A stretch of 64,000 nt of DNA. Origin: Andalucia godoyi And28. Its lineage: Eukaryota; Protista; Jakobida. Below are positions 20,624 to 29,828 of this stretch, one piece after another; the first letter of the stretch is position 1; every line of letters begins with the position of its first letter. The position numbers and the translations under genes are program-made. The DNA lies in assembly GCA_009859145.1 (NCBI GenBank), contig VRVR01000062.1, forward strand, positions 62,001 through 126,000. The letters run 5' to 3'. Below the pieces are notes generated by a model, which saw only the letters and a list, made by a program, of their open reading frames with translations, was not told where the DNA came from and did no database searches.

Positions 20624-20705
20624 TGACCTCTCTGACCTCTCTGACCTCTCTGACCTCTCTGACCTCTGACCTCTGACCTCTGACCTCTGACCTCTGACCT
20701 CTGAC
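20624..20705. repeat. Tandem array (TGACCTCTC)x4 then (TGACCTC)x6 plus a partial unit
   Basis: Read directly; lies in the PSME4-UGDH intergenic region about 325 nt upstream of the ATG at 21031. Confidence 0.9.
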
Positions 20706-21030
20706 ACCCAAAAAAACTCGCACGCGGCGTTATGCGTGACGCCTCTGACTGACCGGTCCGCTGGGGGGAGGGGTCATCATCTTCTTGTCTTGCTCACAAT
20801 GAAAATCCAAATTGTCATCATCATCATCACCATCATGACTTTTGTGACTGATTTGATTATCGTCAGTCTTTAATCTATTTTCTTTTCCTTTTGTTTATAA
20901 TAATAATAATAATAATAATATTTTTCCCCTTCTTTTTCTTCTTCTTTTCCTCCCTTGGAGATTCGTCTTTCTTTGTTTTCACCCCCCGTCTCTCTTTAAT
21001 TTGTTTTTCTGAGAAGAAGAAGAAGTAACC

Positions 21031-22155
21031 ATGGTTGCAGGTGAGAAGGTGACTGTGTTTGGCATTGGCCGACTTGGAATCTGCCTTGCTCTTGTTTTGG
21101 AGAAGGCCGGATATGATGTTCTTGGAGTTGATGTGTTCCCTGGTTATGTTGACTCGCTCAACAAGAAGACGTTTGTGTCGAAGGAGCCCCGCGTGACTGA
21201 GTTGCTGCTTGCGTCGACCAAGTTCCGCGCGACCACGAGTCTTGAGGAGGGTTTGAAGCACTCGGACAAGATCTTCTTGATGGTTGCAACCCCGTCTACT
21301 GGAGGAGAGAAGGCATACGACCACTCTGCAGTGAACAACCTGCTCTTCCAGTTCAATGCAGCCAAGGTCCAGAACAAGCACTTCATCATTGGATGCACTG
21401 TGATCCCCGGATACATTGCACATGTTGGCCGATACTTGATCCGCGACACTGTGAACTGTACTCTGTCGTACAACCCCGAGTTCATTGCCCAGGGAGACGT
21501 CGTCAAGGGACTCTTGCAGCCGGATATGGTTCTCATCGGAGAGGGATCGCCGGAGATCGGACAGTGGCTGGAGGACTGCTACACTGCACACACGACCAAC
21601 AAGCCTGCCATCCATCGCATGAGCGCAGAGTCTGCAGAAATCTGCAAGCTGTCTGTGAACTGCTATGTCACCATGAAGATTTCGTATGCAAACCAGATCG
21701 GAGATATCGCAGACCGCACACCAGGCGCAGACAAGTTTGCAATCTTGCGTGCCGTTGGTGCAGACTCTCGTGTCGGTTCCAAGTGCATCCTTCCGGGCTA
21801 CGGATTCGGTGGTCCGTGCTTCCCCCGTGACAACCGCGCACTCGGAGGATATGCCGAGCGTGTTGGAATCACTCCGATGCTCATGAAGGCAACCGACGAA
21901 TACAACAAGTTCCATGCCAAGGTTATGGCAGACAACTTGATCAAGGAGAACAAGGATCTGTATGTCTTTGAGGACGTTGCATACAAGCCAAAGTGCCCCG
22001 TCAACATCATCGAGGAGAGCCAGCCGCTCGCCGTTGCCTACCAGCTCGTCAAGCAGGGCAAGAAGGTCCTTATCCGCGACCGCAACTTCATCGTTGCTGA
22101 AGTCCAGAAGGACTTTGGCGATGCCTTTGACTACGAGATCGTCGAGAGCTTGTAA
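21031..22155 (+). CDS. UDP-glucose/GDP-mannose dehydrogenase family protein, divergent short form
   Basis: GIGRLG Rossmann loop, VATPS, YNPEFIAQG, SAEICKLSVNCYVTMKISYAN (catalytic Lys), GADSRVG..CILPGYGFGGPCFPRD (catalytic Cys). C-terminal domain is short (374 aa total). Confidence 0.9.
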   Translation: MVAGEKVTVFGIGRLGICLALVLEKAGYDVLGVDVFPGYVDSLNKKTFVSKEPRVTELLLASTKFRATTSLEEGLKHSDKIFLMVATPSTGGEKAYDHSAVNNLLFQFNAAKVQNKHFIIGCTVIPGYIAHVGRYLIRDTVNCTLSYNPEFIAQGDVVKGLLQPDMVLIGEGSPEIGQWLEDCYTAHTTNKPAIHRMSAESAEICKLSVNCYVTMKISYANQIGDIADRTPGADKFAILRAVGADSRVGSKCILPGYGFGGPCFPRDNRALGGYAERVGITPMLMKATDEYNKFHAKVMADNLIKENKDLYVFEDVAYKPKCPVNIIEESQPLAVAYQLVKQGKKVLIRDRNFIVAEVQKDFGDAFDYEIVESL

Positions 22156-22582
22156 GTTCAGGAAAGAGGAGCCCGGAGCATATTTGCAAATTTGGGGAGC
22201 TGTTAATGTTTCGCAATTGCTTTTCTCCTACTTCCGCCACCACCGCCACTTCTTCTTCTTCTTTACGGATTCTTGGGAAACAAAGCTGGAGAGGGGAGGG
22301 GAGGGGGGTGTTCAACAATGGTAAACTTGTTTAAAAAAAAAAACAACAACAACAACAACAACAACAGCACCAAAAAAACGCATCGTGCATCTTTGGTTCG
22401 GCGCGCAAGCGTCTTCTCTGCCACCACAGGCAGGTGTGTACAGCGACGAACATATCGAAACACACAGACACACAGACACTCGGAAGACGTGTCCTTTACA
22501 TTCATGAACCCACGTTAGAATAAACAATTTTTCGCGAAAATCAGCAGTGCACAGAGACCCGCCCGTTCTCCACCACAACAGC

Positions 22583-24586
22583 TCAAGCAGTTTGGCTGGC
22601 AAGACGCCCATTTACAAATGACAGTCGCTTGGCATAGAGTAAGCGCTGTTGATCATCCCCAAGACAACGGTATGCTTCGTCTAGGGATCTGAAAAGTTCC
22701 GTGACAAGTTCCATGAACTTCTCTTCGTGGGCAAACAGGACTCGGCCCGATCGACGAACCGAGTCTGGATGCCAGTCCAGGCACATTTTTCGGTATGCCT
22801 TGCGAACATCGCTCTGGGATGCCGTCTTTGGATCGAGGTTGAGCCTTTCAAAGTAATTACGCTTCTCGAATCTTGTCCGCAGAAAGTCTCCGTACTTCCC
22901 AAAGTACCGCGCGTCATCCAGCAGTTCCAGATCACTCTTGCGCTCACGGAGGTTGTCGATGCGCGGGCGAACAACTGTGGCCACATAGTGCAGTTCCGAG
23001 GAATGATCGCCACTTGGAAGAGACTTGCGGTCAAACATCGCAATCGAGCTCGGTGTTGAGACGATTGCTCGGACAGTACGGGCATCCAGCCACGGCTTCA
23101 GTTCCAGGAGCTGTTGCACCTCGAATGCACTCGTTGTCGATGTTGTCGAGACCTTTGCGCCGTAGATTGGTTTTGCAGTTGCCGCACCATTGGGCAGCGC
23201 AGCATTCGCAGTCGTTGATACGATCCCGGTGGCGGGAACCGTCACAGGAGCATTGGAATTCGAAGACACGGTGCCAGAGGTTCCGACGCCAAATCTAGAT
23301 GCCGCAGAGTTGTGTGCAGAGCTGGAGCTCCCCGCAGCCGGGTGCTTATTCTCTGGAGCAAGCCGCTGGTGCTGTGAGCTCTCAGACAGGTGCAGTGACG
23401 ATGCCTGTGACTGTGGCTGTTGGTCAACGGGAGATCGAAATCTCGGCGAGCGGAACGCAGTAGGCGACGTAACCGGTGGTTGTGCCGAGGGCAGAGGCAT
23501 CTGTTGTTGCAAGTAAGCCACCGGAGCAGCAGGCCCGGAAATGACGGCGCGCTGGCGGATGCGTACGAACGGATGAACCACAGCCGACGGTTTCGACTGT
23601 CTCGTGTATTCGTCTACCGACATGTCATCCACAAGATTAGGTTTTTGGCCGAGGTCCTGTGCATGCAGAAACCGTTCAGCAGGGCCGGTTCCGTGACCGC
23701 CGGCGACAGTCCTATCGGCACCACGATTCAGACTGCCGCTTCTCGGACCCTGCGAATCCCCAAAAATGGCATTCACTGCAACAGCAGGCTGTTGCTGCTG
23801 CTGGAGGACCGGCGACGCTCTTGGCGAATTCGTCGCTGAGGAAGATATGCTGCTTGCCGCTGACATTGGCCTCGGTCTCCGTTGCGAGGTCCCGAGGGCA
23901 TGGCCAGTCAAGGAAAACGTACCCCTACCTGTATCCGGCCCACCAGACGATCCACCTGGCTTCGCCTCCATCGCCAACGTTGTCGCCGTCGCCGCCCACC
24001 CCGATGCCGATGTGCAGCCAGAGGACATTGCAGAAGACGCGGGAACGTATACACTTCGGTCTTGCGAGAGTGGCGCAAACATTCTCGTACTGGAGTGCAT
24101 TCCTGCCGCACTGTTCATCCCACTTCCACTCACTGCCCCAGCCCCAGTGCCAGTGCCAGTACTCGGAGAACTGCGAGACACGTATGAATTGCCCGAGAGG
24201 GAGATTTCAGAAGCGTACATTAGCGCCGAGGGTGGCCGCGGAGTCGATCTCGTCGAGGAAGGCGATGCCGACGGCGGTCGAAACCTCGCAAGATTCATTC
24301 GGGCACCCGTCCCCACACCCACACCCGTCGCAGAAGCAGAAGCAGAGGTAGAGGCAGAGGTAGAGGCAGAGCCGGGCCTGGAAAGCGCGAGTTTCATTAC
24401 TGTATCTTGAAACGACGCAGCCCCAAGAGCCGACACATCGATCGAGTCGCGTTCCTCGGATCCAATCAACATCCTCTGCGCTGACGGAGACGGTGGTCCA
24501 CCAGACAGCGGAGAGTCCACTGCAAACTCGTCATCGTCGTCCGACACTATCCCAAGATCCTCATCACCACCACCACCACCACCACC

Positions 24587-24638
<52 letters not shown>

Positions 24639-24823
24639 GCTGCAGATGCCACCATTAGGGCTGCCGATGAATATGAATATGAAGATGCGGATGAAGATGA
24701 AGATGCCGCGGCGCCAAGAGGAACAGAGTACTTTGGATTTGCATTGAGTCGTTGAAATAGAAGCGATTCACGGCCGTCGGAATTCACCTTGAGCTGAAGC
24801 GGATCTTCGTCCTGATACGCCAT
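22583..24823 (-). CDS. DnaJ-domain protein: long Ser/Gly/Ala low-complexity N-terminus, C-terminal J-domain
   Basis: NYFERLNLDPKTASQSDVRKAYRKMCLDWHPD...FRSLDEAYRCLGDDQQRLLY is a J-domain with an intact HPD motif. Confidence 0.88.
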
Positions 24824-25195
24824 CGATCCCGCACCCTAACCGGACTCCTATCCACCGCTCCTTATCTCCACGTCAATCTCTACCAACGCCCAATAACGAT
24901 ATTAATAATGCCAGTTACAACAACAGCAACGATAATAATCTTCATCAAACAAAGGCCATGGAAATCGGCCACACGCTCGTAGTCGACAACCGGCGACCAA
25001 GCTTCGAGTCCCCAAGCATCAAAGCTTCACCCAAAGGTCCTTATCGCCTGCTGTAGCTTCATCTGGATTGTTATTCATTGTTATTGGCGTGTAGTTGATA
25101 TTATAATTTGATAATTGGTCCTTTTCCGACCGTTTTTCGTTTTCGTTTTTTGTTTTTTGTTATCGTTGTACGTATCAGGGGAAGAAAGAGGGGGC

Positions 25196-28063
25196 ATGGA
25201 TACGCTGGCGGGGCAGTTTGGGTCGTTGTATGTGCGAGTTGCGGATGCATGGCTTGTGCCGATCCACGACTCTGCGCGTCAGAACCAGTGGTCCTCTGCG
25301 TTTCCTGCGACTCCATCGTCGCACTTACAGCCTATTCCGTTGAGTGCGGCGGTGTACACGAGCCGGCCGAGCAAGCCTCTGACGTTCCCGCAAATCACGG
25401 ATCTGTTGTCGCGGCTGCAGTACCTGTCGATGGTGCTTCGGCACATGACGCATCCTGGAAACCCGGCGTTTGCGCACTTTCCGCCACTGCAGTATTCGCA
25501 GACGGTCATCAAGGAGCACATTCTGAGACTGTGTGCAAAAGAAGAGGTGCTGCGGAACCTCGTATTGCAGGTCCCGGGACACCCCGCAGCGCCGCTTATT
25601 GCTGCAAATCAGAACGCCGCAAAGAACGCGGGCGGGGGCGGGGGCCCTGGTGCGAAGGCAGCGGACCCTAGGGCAGTGGGCTCGCTTTTGCTGGATGTTC
25701 GGTATCCGCTGTTTTCTCCCGGGCATGTGGAGCAGTCGCAGTTTCCAGGACCAATGCCCGTGCAACTGAGCAGAAAACACTTTTCGCTCATTCGAGACAA
25801 TGCATATTGGGTCACAGAAAAGAGCGATGGGACAAGATGCATGTTGTATGCTCAGCACGTCGACGCATTTCCACGGTGGACTGTCGCGGTCAGAAATCAT
25901 GATGCAGCCGCAACTGCGGGTGGTGGTGGTGCTGCTGCTGGCGAGTTTGTGGAAAAATCGTTTCCATTATTGGTGAATTTGGACATCAACGACGCGATTC
26001 TCAGCGTGGTCAATGCGCGGCCTCAGCCAACGGATGCCCCAGTCAAGTCAGTACCAGTCATGCTGTGTGATATGCCATTCCGGATCGTCATTCCTCGACC
26101 TGGCTCCTATGAAGCTTTCCTGGTGTTTGAGGGTTCGTCGGTGGACGCAGAACACGCGGCTGCACTGTTTCCAAAGACTCCAAAACATGTGATGAGACTG
26201 CTGACATGCCACGAACTGCCTCATCACAGTCGCCATCACGGATCGACGTCATCCTCCTCATCGGGAACTTCGGCGACACATGCACATGGCCACACAACAA
26301 CCTCTGTTTCTTCTCACGCGGTGCAGCTCAGCCCTGAGCAGGCTCGTGCATGGCACATTGCTGAAGACGCGGCGGTGTTTCCACTCACGTTGCGCTATGG
26401 ATGGACGTTTTCGTATTTATTTGACCGCAGATGGGATTTGTACTTGTGCACAGAAGAACTCCAGTTTCCATGCAAAGCTGCTCCGGTGCCGCAAGGAAAA
26501 CCCGAACATTTTCTCATGCAGCGCTACCTTCTGTGCGATGGCGAAGTGGTCTTTGATCATCACGAGCAGCGATACAATTACTCTATCTACGATCTTGTTG
26601 CATGCTGTTCTGCACCAGATAGCCCAAAGATGTACCTTCGATCTCCGTTGTCTGAGAAAATCAAATCTATCCGTGACTTGATTGCGGAGCCTCACCATCG
26701 CTTCTACCGGAAAATGGACATCCTGCCTCCCGAGTCTCTCCGTGTGCTTGCAAAGACGTTTCGAACTCTCAAGCAAGTCCCCGAGTTACTCAGCTACATC
26801 TCCTTTGATCCTTCGAGTGGGAAGCGGTACTATAAGAAGACTAATTTGAATGACGGTCTTGTGTTCACTCCCGAGTCCGAGAATCTGTACCATTTTGCTC
26901 CTGGCACAGCCCACAACTTGTTCAAATGGAAGTGGACCGACAAGTTGTCGATTGATTTCTTGCTCATTCGCGTGCAGTCGCCCATCGTTGATCCTGCAGA
27001 ACACGTGTATGAAATCGCATTTGGCGCAGGAGGCGGCGAGATCGGTCTGTATCGCCGGTCGCGCTTCCCGGAGTCCATCACACAATCTCTTGGGAATTCT
27101 CGAATGGCTGTCGTCGAATGTTACTTCCATCCTATGCGCCGTGAATGGCAAATTTTTCACGTGAGGACAGACAAGACGTACCCGAATGCTCTCATGACAG
27201 CAACTTCGACTCTGGAGACTCTTGCTGAGCATGTCACCGATGCCGAGATCCGAGACTTGTCCACGGAATCAGCCAGAAAACAAGAAAAGGAGGCACTGGA
27301 ACGGCCAGCATCGAGTCTGCAATCCGAGTTTGGGCCGCGTTACGAGCCAATCTTTTCGTTTGATCCGGATGTCGACGACACAGATCCATCAGCATTGGCA
27401 TCGATGCGAGTTCGAATCCCCATGGCATTTCGTCGCTACGGAACCTCTCCTGAAGAAGAAGACATGATTCATCGCGAAGTTGCAATTATGCCGGCGTTTT
27501 CACGAATGTGGTTGAAATTGAACATTTTACGTTACCGAAGCAGCGAAGACGCGGTTGCGGATCTTTCTGTGCTGATCGATGTTCGGAAGCGTGTGCATCA
27601 GGATGGAAGCATCACGGACGCTGGATTCCGACGAAACGACAATGCGTGGCGTAAAGTGTGCGATGTCTCTCTCAGGCAAGCGACGCTTTTATGTCCCGAA
27701 ATGCGGTCGGAACTCCAGGCAGCGGCAGCAGGCCATGGTGGCAGATCTTGTCGTGCGGAGTGCGTGTTTGTGTCATCGGTGGGCCAATGGTTTGTTGTTC
27801 GTCTTCTTTCCTTTTCGTCGCCGCGTGATCTGTCTTCCGTGTTTTCCGATTCCAAATGCAGTGTCCGCCTGCTGCTGCAGAAACTCGAGTGGATAGCGTC
27901 GTGGAATGTGAATCGTAGGAAGCGCGACGTATTTTTGCGCGATCTTGAGCGGAAAGGAGAACCGTTGCCTGCCAAGGAACCGTGGAATTGGAGTGCAATC
28001 GTGGATGATCTGTGCCGACGGCCGCTCCCAGAGTCCGTCTTATCCGATGAACTGTTCATTTAG
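25196..28063 (+). CDS. mRNA capping enzyme, guanylyltransferase type, with a large internal insertion and C-terminal extension
   Basis: FPGPMPVQLSRKHF, motif I YWVTEKSDGTR (Lys at 25820), YLFDRR, III LLCDGEVV, IIIa YSIYDLV, IV NDGLVFTP, V LFKWK..KLSIDF, and OB domain VVECYF...WQIFHVRTDKTYPN (motif VI). ATG at 25196. Confidence 0.92.
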   Translation: MDTLAGQFGSLYVRVADAWLVPIHDSARQNQWSSAFPATPSSHLQPIPLSAAVYTSRPSKPLTFPQITDLLSRLQYLSMVLRHMTHPGNPAFAHFPPLQYSQTVIKEHILRLCAKEEVLRNLVLQVPGHPAAPLIAANQNAAKNAGGGGGPGAKAADPRAVGSLLLDVRYPLFSPGHVEQSQFPGPMPVQLSRKHFSLIRDNAYWVTEKSDGTRCMLYAQHVDAFPRWTVAVRNHDAAATAGGGGAAAGEFVEKSFPLLVNLDINDAILSVVNARPQPTDAPVKSVPVMLCDMPFRIVIPRPGSYEAFLVFEGSSVDAEHAAALFPKTPKHVMRLLTCHELPHHSRHHGSTSSSSSGTSATHAHGHTTTSVSSHAVQLSPEQARAWHIAEDAAVFPLTLRYGWTFSYLFDRRWDLYLCTEELQFPCKAAPVPQGKPEHFLMQRYLLCDGEVVFDHHEQRYNYSIYDLVACCSAPDSPKMYLRSPLSEKIKSIRDLIAEPHHRFYRKMDILPPESLRVLAKTFRTLKQVPELLSYISFDPSSGKRYYKKTNLNDGLVFTPESENLYHFAPGTAHNLFKWKWTDKLSIDFLLIRVQSPIVDPAEHVYEIAFGAGGGEIGLYRRSRFPESITQSLGNSRMAVVECYFHPMRREWQIFHVRTDKTYPNALMTATSTLETLAEHVTDAEIRDLSTESARKQEKEALERPASSLQSEFGPRYEPIFSFDPDVDDTDPSALASMRVRIPMAFRRYGTSPEEEDMIHREVAIMPAFSRMWLKLNILRYRSSEDAVADLSVLIDVRKRVHQDGSITDAGFRRNDNAWRKVCDVSLRQATLLCPEMRSELQAAAAGHGGRSCRAECVFVSSVGQWFVVRLLSFSSPRDLSSVFSDSKCSVRLLLQKLEWIASWNVNRRKRDVFLRDLERKGEPLPAKEPWNWSAIVDDLCRRPLPESVLSDELFI

Positions 28064-28512
28064 CGCTTGCTGCACTTGGGGCGGAGAGAATAAACAGTGA
28101 TAAAGTAAGTAAGTATATTTGTAACGCAAATGTCAGCCCTTCACACTGGCGGAGACACATACAGCCATCACTGGCCACGATGGGGCGATCACGACATAGC
28201 AAACTATTCTAGACTTCCAAAAAATATAAAAGGAAAGTGAAACAGCAGAGGAAGAGAAGAAGAGAAGAAAGGCGCAATCAAAACAAAAACCAAGCAAAAC
28301 CACGATAACAAGAGAACAACAAAAACGAGCACGTCCCTTCATACAAGTTATGATCCGAGGGGTGGAAGGACGGATATTAGAGCAGGAACAGCAAAATCGA
28401 ACAAACCAAACCAAACCAAACCAAAAAAGAAAAGAAAAGAAAAGAAAAACGGGCCAGAACACCAGCAAAAACACACGGTTGTATGGTAGGGAAGAAACGG
28501 CGGCAAGGATCA

Positions 28513-29097
28513 CTAGGAAGTTTGCCACGGCGACAGAAACGGTGGATTGGACGACTGGAAGTACTGGGAGAGTTTGAGCGTGCTTGGCAGTCCAGTGATG
28601 ACCGGGGCCGATGCGACGACTGCTGCAGTGGACGTCGCTGCATCCTGTGTACTCCACGGTCCAAATCCGCCGAATGCAGCCATTGACGAGCCCAGAAATC
28701 CGCCGTACGAGTCCGCATACGCAAGCGAACCCCCCGTACTCCCCGAGCTCCCCGCACTGCCCGTGCCAAGGACAGTCCCTGCCAAGACGTCCTCAAAGAA
28801 CCTGTACCAGCGCTCGAGTTCGCCAATGGACTCGGCCATGTAATACAGCGTCCGATCGCCCTCGGCATCGCTAATGTCGACGTGGAATGCATACGCCCGG
28901 AACTGCGCGGGGCCACCTGGATAGTCCGGGACTCGTCGAACGCCCTTCACACGCCCCAAATTCAACGTCCCTTTCGCGGTCTTCTTCTTCTCTTCCACAT
29001 AGTACGTCATAATGTCGCTTGTCGAGGTGTGCTGCGAAAAGTACCGGCGGTTCCAGTTTGTCCGCTCAGACCCTTTCTTGTGAAGCCACCCTTCCAT
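28513..29097 (-). CDS. Small PH-domain protein
   Basis: MEGWLHKKGSERTNWNRRYF...MTYY...TAKGTLNL...AFHV...RTLYYMAESIGELERWYRFF is a canonical PH pattern, followed by a low-complexity tail. Confidence 0.88.
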   Translation of the reverse strand: MEGWLHKKGSERTNWNRRYFSQHTSTSDIMTYYVEEKKKTAKGTLNLGRVKGVRRVPDYPGGPAQFRAYAFHVDISDAEGDRTLYYMAESIGELERWYRFFEDVLAGTVLGTGSAGSSGSTGGSLAYADSYGGFLGSSMAAFGGFGPWSTQDAATSTAAVVASAPVITGLPSTLKLSQYFQSSNPPFLSPWQTS

Positions 29098-29210
29098 CCT
29101 CGCTCCTCTGCCACCCGTATGTACCCTGTCGCGCACACACGCTGTCTTTTTACCCCCAGAATGATTCTTTCAAACTCTCCTATGATCGCCACCGATGTGC
29201 ATGAAGGTGC

Positions 29211-29273
29211 AATCACAAGCCCAAATCACAAGCCCCAAATCACAAGCCCCAAATCACAAGCCCCAAATCACAA
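29211..29273. repeat. 14-bp minisatellite (AAATCACAAGCCCC) x~4.5
   Basis: Read directly; about 115 nt upstream of the PH-gene ATG. Confidence 0.9.
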
Positions 29274-29828
29274 AAATCCAACAACAAACATGTATCGTGC
29301 CCCTACTCTGCATCGACAGTAACTCCGTATGCCATAGGAAAGTAGCATCAAGCATCAATTGGACGCACCGAGAAAAGAAATCACAGAAATTCCAGCGACT
29401 GTAACGAACTGTGTTTTACCGGTCATGGCGCTATTTTTCATTTTGCCTTTTCTTGGCCGTGAGACTAGACGGTACGCAAGAAGGGAGTGTACGTCGTATG
29501 TCGTCCAGTAGCCTCAACACATTGCATCATCCACACCCAACACGCTTGCCCCCCGCCCACCCGAGACTTGATCCATGGGTTCCTTCTCGTCTGTTCTGTT
29601 GCGCTTTCTTCTTCTCCTTTGTTTTCCTTTTCTTGATCCTAGGTTCCTAGACCCCTCGCCGCCCTCGATCCATTTTTCTACGGTTTTTTTTTCCCGCCCA
29701 AAACTTTATCCTTGGCAAAAGAGAGTGGAGTGAGTGAGTAAGAGGGCGAAAAAAGAAAAGAAAAGAAAGGAAACATCATCACGTTCATTCCGAAACAGTT
29801 GAGTTCATTTTTCACACACGAGAAAAAA

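Noticed and set aside
20624-20705. TGACCT array as nuclear-receptor DR1/DR3 response elements
   Set aside because: Nuclear receptors are essentially animal-specific and nothing here indicates an animal genome; the match is likely coincidental.
20875-21915. 346-aa minus-strand ORF
   Set aside because: Antisense shadow of the dehydrogenase gene. It has no motifs and is explained by the biased codon usage of the sense gene.
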